Positions 53,401 to 64,000 of a stretch of 64,000 nucleotides of DNA are shown here, piece by piece. The translations under genes were made by a program, and so were the position numbers. Below the pieces are notes generated by a model. The model saw nothing but the letters and a program-made list of their open reading frames with translations. It was not told the origin of the DNA and ran no database searches. How positions within the stretch are numbered: position 1 is the stretch's first letter; the number at the start of each line of letters is the position of its first letter. Source of the stretch: Tubulanus polymorphus (lineage: Eukaryota > Animalia > Nemertea); assembly GCF_964204645.1 (NCBI RefSeq), contig NC_134029.1, positions 5,580,001 to 5,644,000 of the forward strand. Direction: 5' to 3'.

Positions 53401-56400
53401 TCTAGGGTTTTTAAAGTGGACTGAAAAAAATGGCAAAAGTATGAAATGAAAAAAATTCTGTTACCTCATCCCCTGTTATCTTCATAAACCTTATTCGCTG
53501 TTTAATTCCGATGACAATTCTTGAATTTCGCTAAATTTTCAGCCGTGCTTGTTTGGTTGAACTACAAAAATGCATACGACTACTGGAACGAACAGAGACT
53601 CGCATTGAACCACGAGGTACAGACGGCCACGCAGGAAGTCATCAGTAAACTACCGTTCGGTCATAGCTCCTCAGCGACGAGTCCGATTCACTCGGAACCG
53701 TCGCCGCCGGGTGAACAACCGTCTGCTACTGCGGCTGCCTTGGGAACGCTATTTCTACAACTGACGGTCGAAGACCTGGGAATATGTTTGCCTCTGAGTT
53801 CATTTAGCGTAAGTAAATATGACATTGCTTTCCTCTAAATTATTTACCCATTCAGATTCACGTCTAGTATTGCACAGACAAATCTGTTCGTGAAAAGGTA
53901 TCCTCACTTGCCAGGGTTTGGGTGTCATGCATGGGCTTCAGCAGGAGGCAAAAATGCTGTTTAAGGGCAGGAAGAAAAAGTTTAGAATATTTCTGTTATT
54001 CTTTTAGATTTATTATTTTCCTACACAGTCATAGAACTGTTTAGAGAGGGGTTTTATGAAAAATTCTTGGTATTTGTATTTATTAAGATGTGTTGTTTAT
54101 TTTAGGGTATGGTACCGTCTTCAGCTAAGATGGTTGACCACGAACACATGGACCCCGGTGAAGCGTTAGTTCTTACATTAGCAAGTACTCAGATTTCTGC
54201 TTGTTCGTGCGGTTCACTTGTCAGCAAAGGCCGATTCACTGGTATATCTCAACAGCGATAAGCGATTCTTGAGTTCATTCTCAAATTCATGAAATTACGG
54301 TTTTGATTTTCTGTTTTTTAGATTTTTGTATTCGATTCGCGGAAGATTTCGAAACGACCTGGGATGACTGGAAGCCGGACGTCGGTCAAACGATGATCAT
54401 GAACGCAGCTCGAGTTCCCGAAGGAACGTATGAAGTTTGCTCACGGACCACTAGTAAACAAATAAGCGGTAAGGCACTTACAACATTCATGAATTTGATT
54501 AAATTACTAGGAACCAATTGAACACTATCTTGTAAATCCATAACAAAAACAAAGTAAAAACTCATTTTCTAATGAGTGAATAAATTTATCATTGCAAACA
54601 TTTACGGGAGCTTCATTTCCTCTCATCAGGCATAGTGCTAGTGATTAAATTTGTTATGCACTGGTATTTATAGGAAATATGCCTAAAACTTATCACAAAC
54701 TTTCTTACAATACCTTGTACTTGTTACAATGCTATCTTTTTCCAACAGAAAATGGAAATGGTGCCAGTAATGCGAAATGGATATTAAACATTCTGTGGCA
54801 TATGAAGGGTATCGACGTACATCTTGATCAGAACATCGGCGTGCGTCTGAATCTACTCTTCAATACGCTGACAACGTTGGCCTGGGATCCGGAAAATGCT
54901 GATGTCGAGGAGACCGAGTACGGTCCACCGGAAAAGGTAAGAATTAATGCTCTAACACCTTGCCCACACCGCTCCAGTACCTAATATCCTGGAGACAAAC
55001 CAGGGTGGCCACTAACCTGGAAATCAGGGGATTTTCTTTTTCTTTAATTAAAAAAGTCAGGGAATTTTGTAAAAGAGCTAAAAAGGTGATAGAAAAATAT
55101 TATGAAGTTGCTATATCGCACATAATAAACAGTTTCTATTTCTTACGTAGTTGACTGTTAATTGATTGGATTCTTAGTAGGTCAAGTCAGAGAAAACAAC
55201 GCACATGTCACGGAATAATCTGAGAAAAAGCAAGTCAATTAAAAGAAAGTGGCCACCTGCAAACGCTTTTAAGCTGTACCCTCACTGTGCATCTCGGAGA
55301 CAAACACTCGTACTACTCATCCAACGCAATCCCTATCCTTTATCAATTCGACATATTTTCAGACGGAATCACACGGCAGAAAATCCACGATTCACGGTGA
55401 ATCGTTGCCCGGATTCGTGTACGACACGAGGCTCGATTATAAAACGCGAGCGAGACTCATACAGAAAGAAATGGACGAACAAGCTCGAGTTGTAGAAGAT
55501 TTAAAGTAAGTCGAAAAATTGAATTTGCTTTTCTAAAGAATTCAGAAAATCGAGGGTTTCTTCAATGTCGGTGTTTCCCGTTTTATAGACAACTCGGCGC
55601 GAGCAACTCAACAATCGAAACAGAAACGAGGAAACTTCACGAATTGGAAAATGCGGTATTCCACGATTTCAGACGCGATGTCATCAAAAAGTTTCAGAAG
55701 TCTAGAGACAAGGTAAATATTTCATATCCTTAATCCTTATCTGGAAATGACTGGGCTGAATGTTTGAACGAATCTTATTGTCTTTGTTTTTCAAGGCTAC
55801 TGCTCTGAAAGATAAACTGGGCCTCGGATACAAACCGGCCTCTCACTATAGATCGAGGTCTATCGGTCACCCCGGTCAAGTGGCCTCGATTAAACGCAAA
55901 GAGAGGTATGTACTATGATGGTATCCTGGTTATTCAGCATGCGTCATCAATTAACACTTGGTTTTTTAAGTATTTTCCAACAGTTTTTATTCACGTTCCA
56001 TTCAGGGCTCTCTAGGAAGAGATGTTTTTACTCTGACCAGTTACAACGCCAATGATATCTTAATTACACGTACATGTAAAATTCATTTCGAAAATTCATT
56101 TGCATTTTTCATTGTTCCTCTTTGTACATGTATATTACAGTTATTTGCTTGGTAGTCTTAACTACTGCATATGTTCTATCACGACGCCCTGTCCATTGTC
56201 TTGTCATTGATCTGCTCTTCCTTGGCACTGTCATTTGCAAACATGCACTGCTGTTTTTGAGCTTCGCAGAACTCGTTCATCTCGAGTCACTTGTGCTGAT
56301 TTCACATTCTCACAAACAAATTTCATCGGCTACCATGTAAATCAGATGATATAATGGCAACTGCTGCATTGCCGTATTGATTCGTTAAAATGTAGATTGC

Positions 56401-59400
56401 ATGCGTTCAAAGATATCCTCGTTTTGCTGGTGGCTCTTCGTGTCTTGCTTCAATTATTGCTTACACATAGTTCAGAATGGTTTTTGTCTCCTCTGAACTC
56501 GCCGTTCACTCATTTTGAACTGTGTTCTGCACCACACTGTTTCAGATTACGTCTCCTGTCGGCTGACGTTGACTTTTTGTGGTAGGTGGCGTGTGTGACC
56601 GTAGTTAGTTAAGAACAGCCCACTATGTTACCTTCCTAGTCTAATGTTGTTTTGTAGTTTCAGACAGTATACAATACTCATTTGACTACACTAAGAAATT
56701 ATCTTGTGTAGTCAAATAAGTACATACCGTGGCTCATCTTCATATTTAGTGACTGGTTATTCCTAGCGAGCTGTCTCCTTGTTGCTACAATTCTAGTTCC
56801 TCAATCTGGAATCAAAATCGAATACCAGTTTCACAATACTAATATTCATAAAAGTCATAGTCAAATTATGAAGCCCCAGTGAAAAGTTTCGAACGAAAAG
56901 ATTACTTCATACAATTATTTTGTGTTATGGAAGATTTTTTATCACAATTTGATGATACTAGCCCCAGTTTAACGAGATATGAAGATGTGTTATCTATCTC
57001 TACGTATTGATCTAATTCAATTGCTTTGCTATTTTATTTTCATCCTTTCGTTGCTGCCGTATCTCATTTTACAGATTAGTTCGGAATCGCTTTATTTCCG
57101 TTCAGCATTATCCTACTTACACCGTTGACAGGTACACTATCCCCGGGTTTATTAAACACCTTTTATTTAGAGAGAATATTCTTTGAAAATATGGCTGCGT
57201 TCACGATTGTTAAAACAATAACTGTTTATTTTCTGAAGCTTGATTATTAACAGTAGTTTTGTATGATAAACTTAGGCAGCCATCTTTTCAAGAGCAAATT
57301 CCACGTAACAAACTTGCAAACTTGCATTGGTGACTGGATATACTTATCGTAACATGAATTCTATTATCGTATTATCCTATAACCTTAACTTGAACCTGAA
57401 CTGCTCACACCTCTATCATATCATATATTCATTTACGCATCTAAAACTTGTTGATTTTCATGCATTTTTGAAATCGATTGCCTGCCGAATGAACGGTTTT
57501 GTGAATAAGTCCACAGTTTGCTCTCAGTACTACATGAATCTCCATGAAAGATTTTAAGCACTATTCACGAATTATGAAATAATGCTAAATCTGTCCAATT
57601 TTCAAAGCATCAGTTTCTAGATTTGTATTTGCTCTATGAATGGTTTCTTAAGATATTTCATCTGAAATTCGATGCATTTCTGTTATTTATCGTTTATTTT
57701 TTTGTTTTATCCCTTTAACCACGGATGTTGATTATTGCGTTGTATGTATTGTTTCATGTTTAGACGTATGACCATCGATTATGGTATCAGGTAATGATTA
57801 AACGACATCACCACCACACTTCTATAAGAACATACCAATATGAAACAATCAGAACATATGTATATAAAGATAAATATACACTATTTTATATATACCGGTA
57901 TATATATGTATACATACCAGGATCTAGTCCCACAGTTGTGAGTTAGAGTTAACTCCCAGTTAAAATTAGTTCATTTTCAAAGAGTTAACTGAGAGTCAAA
58001 TCTAAACTCAGAACTGTGGACCTGGTCCCAGCCTATCATAATCCAGATAATGCTGTTTGAATTGCTCGAATTTTATATCCACGAAAAGTGGATAAATCTT
58101 TGAGCAGTATCGCACGGCTTTGGTATACATCCTCAGTCGCGGGGGGACTTGAATTTGACGGCATCGAGACTCTCAATCAATTGATTTATCTGTAATTGAT
58201 ACCAATTTACGGCAGGTTACGAGTTCAATTTTAGTTCTATAATCGATCTAATGACTTGCGGCCATTTTTCGATTTTGCTCAAGACTAGGGCCCAGTTTCT
58301 GGTTTCGGTAGAGTCTTCATGTTGATCAGGTTTTTCGTAACCTCGCGAATGAGGATGACAGAACAGCGGTATCGTGATCCGTGATGATTTCTGCGACGGA
58401 ACGGACTCGTACGGAAATCAAATGGATCTCGATATCGACTGGAGGACATTGAGGTGCATGACGGGCAAAATCTATAGTCCGGTTAATCGGCTTTCACAAC
58501 AATTCATCTTGGTTTCCATAGCAATGGATGTGGTTGTGAAGCGTTCTATTCTGTATAAGAGGTGATTACGTCTTTCTGAAAATGTTTTTCGATTATGTTT
58601 TCTCCGGCTTACCATTTCCTGTTTTTGAGAGCAAATTTGTGGTTAGCATTTGATGCGGTGATGTGAGTCGCTATCATTGTACCAAACACGCCTGAATAGT
58701 ACGGGACCAATAATATTTGGTAGGCCTATTGTGTGTATGTTCTTTTAGAATTATCGGAAAAACATTTTTTGTTAACTGAATATCTTTATTTGAGAAATAA
58801 TTCTACTTTACTCCACGTCAAGGTGAAATACCGACCTACACAGTATGATAAACACCCCCTGATGATTTACACGATGCATGTTTGTATGATCAACACTGAA
58901 CAATTTATTTATCAAGAAATTGCACATTTTCTACCGTATCTTTAAGGAGTGGATCCAAGAACGTTAAGACTCAAATATAAAGCTCCAGTGGTAAAATCCT
59001 ACCTAGAAATATCTCTGAATTACTAAATTTCTGAAACAATCCCACTTGGTGGAGAGTTTTTGGTAAACGTTCCATTTTCTAACTTCCGAGACCTTAAAAA
59101 CGTACCTTTCTTCCGCCCATGTCTTACGTTCCTTACCCAGGCTAAAGGGTTTGCTCTGATACAGGGCCTTCCATTGTTTGAAAATTTGGGATTAGTATCC
59201 GCAAAAGCAATTATTGTAGATTGTCGATACAATCAGTACAGATTCGTTCAGGCAGAAGTCAGTGTTTGGGATATTGTTTTCATGGTTGTATTTTTGTCTA
59301 TGTACAGTAAACTTTTTAATTGTTAAGTCGTCATCAGATAAGCCGCTTCATTACTCAAGTCATCACTACTTTTGAGACCCAATTTATGTATTTCCAATTC

Positions 59401-62400
59401 AATTGTTGTCGCAATGATCATTTTGATAAGTTGTTGAATCGTTGTAAGCGCGTTTGACTGTTTTGAGTTGTTTTTTTTATTAGATGATTGCACGTTGACT
59501 GTGTACCTCGGCCCCTTGTGCTTTAATTTCGAGAGTAAAATACGTGTTTTTTGTTGTAAATCAATCATTACTAATCTGTTGTTTATAGGATATTCCTTTC
59601 CAGATTCAGTAATATCAAGATTCGTTTTGTACAATTACGGTAGTTTAATCATTCAATACACGCAAATACTTACAGCATTTTGCATGTTTAATGTCAATGA
59701 CTATCGTTACAAATACCCAGTTTGTAAAAATGTGTGAACACATCAACTGCTGAAGATCAGATCAGATTCTATTGTTGCCACTTGGCAGTCGCAGTGTGTT
59801 GTTGGAAACAAGCCCTGGTCCAATCCTATCTCTGAATTTAATTGACAAATTCTGAATACAATTATATTTTCCATTCAGTACATTGCTAGTCACTAGATAT
59901 CCGAGTTGAACCAGGGCAAACTGGACAGCTGATCTTGGCAGTAAACTTGTATGAGAAACCTTGAATACTCTGCGTATTTTGAGTTCATTTGTGAACTACT
60001 GACAGAAGGGTACATACTGTAATCATATATCATAGAACCTCTCTCCTCTACAGCCATATCGAACCCGAACGCCTGGCCACCTATCAGGAAGAGACTGAAC
60101 TAGATGTACCTCATCACGCTTCGTTCCCACATCGGGCTATGTCGATCGATGTCGGCCAGCCACAACGGGTATCGTTTCAGTTAACCGTTGATGAAGAGTA
60201 AGTCAAGCGGACCCTATCTTTGTCATGTTTTTCCCTAGTCGCTTTAATTCAATGAATGGACTTTGTTTAAACGCGATAGATTTAGAGAATTTACTGTTGT
60301 AATGCACAGAACCTGTAGAGACACGAGATGCACTCTTTTTATTTGATTTTGATGAATATTTCAGAAAGTATAATTTCTTGGAATGTATTAGTGATATTTT
60401 GGAATGTACCGTAGTTGAATTTTTTTTGTATCGAATTATAGGAAAGTGAGAACTTCCCGTCCTTCATGTTCGCTCGGACCAGTTGCATGGTTGAGACTAG
60501 GATTTAAGACCAGTCGTATCTTGGTTCTATAGAGGTCGTGCACAGAAGCCACATGTATTGTTCATATGCTCATATTGTGTGTCAAATGACCATCAATGAT
60601 GACTTAGCCACTTGCGCCTCACGGTGAATATAACATATGACATCATAATCTCTATAGCAAATTAAACAACTTCAGAAAATTTTCTAAACTTACACTCCAA
60701 CTATGCAACTGCGTCCCGTAATTGGGTTAAATTTTTTGCGTCGATGTATAAGTACGTCAGATGGATTTTCTATTTTCCTTGTTGCGATGGAGAACCATCA
60801 GCGAAAACAAGGATATACCAATGAATGTTGTTCGCTATTATTGTGTGAAAATTCTGCTGCTTTAATGACTGAACAACTGCATCTTGAAAGATTGTCTTAT
60901 TAATGGATTTATGTTGCTGGAAACTAAGAAATCGAGGGTTTGAAATGTATGAAAATTATGTCGATTGTGAAAACAAAACTGTTGGTCTTCGTATTTCCAT
61001 GGCTGTTGATGTGCTGATAATTTTCTTTTGTTGTGTGGAATGTAATTGAGGTGAAATGTGTTTTTGAAGATCGTTTATTAATACAGTATGTTTGAAAAAA
61101 TGTGAAATGAAATAACTTTTTAATCAGTTAATTTTACATAATTCATACGCATGCTAAAATCATTATTTTCGTAAATTACAATTTTAATCCTCTCTTTATT
61201 GTATGATGAAATAATTGAGTTTGTTCTCCAACTGTTGATTATCCAGGGAAGCAGAAAATGCTGAGGTGGCTTCAACGATGGACGACGTAAATCTAGCCGA
61301 TCAGAATTCGCTCTCGGAATCGCGTTTGAATCGAAAGCGTCTGTCACTGCAGGATATACTGGCATCGAGTACAGAAAGTGAATCGGAGGATGAAATAGAC
61401 GATGAATATATCAAACGCCTGACAAGGTTAGATATTAATATTCAGGGGCCAGTTGCACAGTCGTGACTTAAGTCAAAAAGTGGTCTTAAATCTTAAGACT
61501 GGTCTTAAGTTGTTAGATTGGCTATAGAACTTAGTTGGTCTTAGACTGGTCTTAAGTCTAAGCCATGACTATGCAACAGGCCCCTGAACTATAATTGGGA
61601 GCAAAAGCATAATAAGCCTATACCATACACTAGGCTTGAAGTGTAAATTTGGGAAGAAGCAAGTCGAATTTAAGTGGCCAGCCTGGTTTACAAAAAAGTA
61701 TTTGAAGATTCAGTTTCCATGTGTTAATTGCAGGAAAAAAGCGAATGATGCGCCACCAAAATCACCGGACGGTTTAAGCAGTGGTAGCGGCGGCTCCGTT
61801 TCGCAGAAAACGATTCTCTCCACTGAACCGAGCGTCGATTTCGAACTGGATGTGAAAATCAAAGTCGAAAGCGGCAGTTGCATTTTACATCCGATGAAAG
61901 TCGCGAAGATCGAAGACGACACCGCGACGCTGAGTTCGACGTTATCGTCGGCTAAACGAATGAATCGTCGAGATCATCATCACTCGGGCGGCGACTACAC
62001 GGTGAACGGCTCGCCGACGGCGAAACGCCGAGCGAAACGAAGCGGCGAATTCTCAAGCGCGAACACGAATTCGACGAGTAAATTACGCGGACAATCGCAA
62101 CCAGAGGGCAGCGCTACGATCAAAGATACAGTATTTTATTTACCGGGAGTTGATGTGAAGGTAGGAGATTTCGTAATCGTGGTCTCAGTAATGTAACAAT
62201 ATATTCGTTGTGTGATGATAATCACAATAATAACGAAAAAATAATGTAAAGTCCGAAAATGTGTCCTTGATCTAGTGGTTTATTTGATGTTTTGACTATG
62301 TTCTGATAGTCAGTATTCCTGAAGATGACACATTTTCGGACTTTTCTATTTCTTTTTTTATTTGGGATTCTCTACAAATTAGTTTGGTCTGTGGATGATT

Positions 62401-63562
62401 GTTGTATGTATGATTAAGAAAACGTCTTATTCTGTATTCGATAGATTAACTATAATTCTAAGACGGAAGGTGTGACCCCGACCAGTCAGTCTCAGTCTAG
62501 CGGACAGAATTCCGTATTTGAAGATCCGAAGGACGCAAACCACACTAACAAACGTATCGCGGTGAAGAAAGCTAACTTACACGCTTGGCTGTCACTACAG
62601 AAATTACCAGAGGTAATTCAATATTGTTTATCTTATAGCTTAGTAGGTAAGTCAGACGAATCTGAATGCACTTCACTGTATTTACTTCATAGCCGGTTGG
62701 GTGGCTACGGCTTATGAGTAATTATGCTTTACTTGAGCGTCATGATTTAATTTTAAGGAAATGATTATTCAACCGAGTCTCCTAGACTTCCTCGAGCAGG
62801 CTCTAGAACCGATCGAAATGCCTCAACAAGTCGCTCAGAAAACTGGAGACAGATGTAAGTACCTATGGGGACACGTCTAGATTTTACTGTTGAACAGGTG
62901 AACTGAAACACGTCAGATGATTCATTCATAATTGATTTTCTCATTCTAGCTGTGATCGGCGATATTATGAACGTCGACCTGGAAGCCTCTAGTACGTCTT
63001 TATCATCGGGAGCGTACGCGACATCGTTCCCCGTTGATGTGGTCGTTTATATCAGCGTTCAACCGTCGTCGATTCGTTTCAACTGTTTGCCCGTATCGAA
63101 GGTCGAATGTTTGCTGTGTCTTCCGTCGCTCGATTTGGTATTCTCGACTAAACGCGTCGACATCGAGGCAAACACGCTCTCCGACGGGACGCCACCGTCA
63201 AAAGCAAAAGGTAGTTTGAAACTTGAGCAAAGTTATGGCGATTATCTGTATGCTGCGTCTTGATTAATTCTAGGGCTAGTTTTGTAGACTTGTATTATCT
63301 TTAACCTGGGGGTTAACTCAATTAAAAATGAATTCAGTTAGCCCCCGGGTTAAAGTTAATACTGGTCTATAAAACCGGACCCAGCCCTGATTATTAAGGT
63401 TCGGAAATTCACAAAATCATGAATATATTTGAATCAGAACTCCCTTCTTCAGCTTGTGTTCCTACCTTTTCTATATCGCATACCATATCACCTTATCTGT
63501 GTCCCGTTATTTAAAATTGTTCTAATTAATCACTTATTTTACTTCAGATGATTTCTTCAATG
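32405..63562 (+). CDS. BLTP1: Bridge-like lipid transfer protein family member 1 (KIAA1109/Tweek), multi-exon, 3'-partial
   Basis: N-terminal TM segment plus YITYYNSRILGLILT..GSFSFSVLSGKIMFRDVHYITEDYSI..FRWW, and later motifs (CGKGTDISYGPW, GLQVRGHAMFS, FEHSLTTDLLNHLVFVQKVFMKEVNEV, VLVWLNYKNAYDYWNEQR, SVDFELDVKI, FPVDVVVY), match KIAA1109/BLTP1. Deduced exons: 32405-32618, 32907-33050, 33655-33850, 34269-34350, 34428-34618, 34733-34812, 34888-35029, 35117-35273, 35514-35684, 36154-36271, 36624-36779, 36897-36994, 37078-37241, 37527-37839, 38195-38377, 38465-38602, 38678-38854, 39206-39451, 39940-41854, 41959-42067, 42283-42490, 42887-43079, 43232-43838, 44207-44380, 44471-44651, 44896-45816, 46035-46223, 46310-46430, 47110-47430, 47838-48473, 48801-49044, 49399-49614, 49705-49894, 50113-50202, 51809-52051, 52148-52276, 52370-52502, 52607-52674, 52747-52830, 52913-53009, 53543-53808, 54106-54241, 54322-54468, 54749-54936, 55363-55505, 55589-55712, 55796-55905, 60054-60197, 61247-61426, 61734-62160, 62445-62612, 62758-62854, 62950-63210, (63548-63562). 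No stop reached in the window. Confidence 0.93.
32813..32884. repeat. Tandem duplication, 2 x 36 bp, in a BLTP1 intron
   Basis: aaactagtcaaaagacggactcgtattctgtatgtg repeated exactly twice. Confidence 0.95.
39940..41854 (+). CDS. BLTP1: BLTP1 largest internal exon (about 1.9 kb; Ser/Thr-rich low-complexity region)
   Basis: Acceptor ttatttcag|AT, donor CAG|gtaata. Corresponds to the 642-aa ORF, with FLKLHDQKSHRLFFLWP..CGCLGGCKFFG followed by an S/T-rich segment. Confidence 0.9.
42559..42690. mobile_element. Fold-back/MITE-like element (about 130 bp imperfect palindrome)
   Basis: ctggggccagttgctcaaaagttggt...accaacttcggaggaattggcccag; the arms are complementary along most of the length. Partial relative at about 36818-36865. 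Confidence 0.7.
46488..46750 (+). mobile_element. Degenerate tRNA-derived SINE (putative)
   Basis: B-box GGTTCGAACCC at 46525-46535, followed by ..ctggggcaagacag..ttgcctct..aaatgagtatc and a 3' aaaggcgct. This resembles the central domains of widespread metazoan SINEs. Confidence 0.4.
46778..47038. mobile_element. Non-autonomous DNA transposon relic, CAGGGTGGCCACT-terminus family
   Basis: Right end aaagtggccaccctg; degenerate left end gcggccgccactgacctggaaa; similar to the copy at 55001-55259. Confidence 0.55.
50425..50608. mobile_element. Fold-back element (about 180 bp imperfect palindrome)
   Basis: taaacacaataaatctcattttcaaatgagtaggtaaa pairs with tttacttgctcatttggaaattagatttgttgtgttta. 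A half copy occurs at about 54560-54635. Confidence 0.65.
55001..55259. mobile_element. MITE with TIRs cagggtggccact...agtggccacctg and a 5-bp flanking direct repeat caaac
   Basis: TIRs read directly; caaac lies immediately before 55001 and immediately after 55259. A lone end is also present at about 49092-49104. Confidence 0.7.
57918..58031. mobile_element. Fold-back/MITE-like element (about 115 bp palindrome)
   Basis: caggatctagtcccacagttgtgagttagagttaactc pairs with gagtcaaatctaaactcagaactgtggacctggtcccag. Confidence 0.7.
61441..61588. mobile_element. MITE-like element with about 30-bp imperfect TIRs and internal ggtcttaa repeats
   Basis: ttcaggggccagttgcacagtcgtgactta...taagccatgactatgcaacaggcccctgaa. 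Partial relatives at about 37943-37995, 60476-60545, 63895-63975 and possibly 27926-27995. Confidence 0.75.
62248..62344. repeat. 18-bp perfect inverted repeat with a 61-nt spacer
   Basis: aaagtccgaaaatgtgtc (62248-62265) / gacacattttcggacttt (62327-62344). Confidence 0.8.
63270..63384. mobile_element. Fold-back/MITE-like element (about 115 bp palindrome)
   Basis: ctagggctagttttgtagacttgtattatctttaacctgggggttaact pairs with agttagcccccgggttaaagttaatactggtctataaaaccggacccag. Confidence 0.7.
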
Positions 63563-64000
63563 GTAAGATTACCATCTATTATGTTAAAAGCTAATATTTC
63601 ATCGTTTCATTAAAAAAAAAAGAAACTATGGTTTTAGGCTGGTTATATGCGTACATAATAAGATAGGTTATATATCGATGTGTGGTTTGGGATATAATGT
63701 TGTTAACCATTTGTTTAACGTATTCACTGGCTTAATTAACCGTCATCTGGTCGAAAGTAATAACTCCTGTATTTTATTTTTAACCAAAAATGCGCAAATG
63801 AGGGGTGCTACAAGATAAAAAAAACCCTACCATCCATACACTCCATTTAGATGAACTCGCTTCATTTTATTTTGGTACAGCGATTTGACTGATAGACCCA
63901 CAGATGTACAGTTGAGTTCTAAGTTTAAAAGTGGTCTTAAATCTTAAGGGCTGGTCTTAAGTTGGCTATAGAATCAAGCTTACAATCGCTGCGCAAACAT

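Overview
Eukaryotic DNA from an invertebrate bilaterian, probably a spiralian (inferred from protein style and intron sizes, not verifiable here). It has three intact protein-coding genes. (1) The ParaHox gene Gsx: minus strand, 2 exons, 10494-10059 and 8573-8077, about 310 aa. (2) The ParaHox gene Cdx/caudal: plus strand, 2 exons, 21924-22680 and 28600-29090, about 415 aa. (3) The giant bridge-like lipid transfer protein BLTP1/KIAA1109/Tweek: plus strand, more than 50 exons from 32405, running off the right edge. The most notable feature is the ParaHox layout. Gsx and Cdx lie head-to-head about 11.4 kb apart with no Xlox/Pdx homeobox between them, unlike the canonical Gsx>Xlox><Cdx cluster. 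Their shared upstream interval holds what looks like a decayed 7-TM GPCR and a bipartite TCF HMG+helper Wnt-response element just upstream of Cdx. Other observations: MEX-3/Pumilio-type motifs in the Cdx 3' UTR, an array of frame-preserving candidate microexons and a GC-AG intron in BLTP1, short fold-back elements in BLTP1 introns, and a CpG contrast between the ParaHox and BLTP1 domains. All gene structures were derived by eye from splice consensus and reading-frame continuity.
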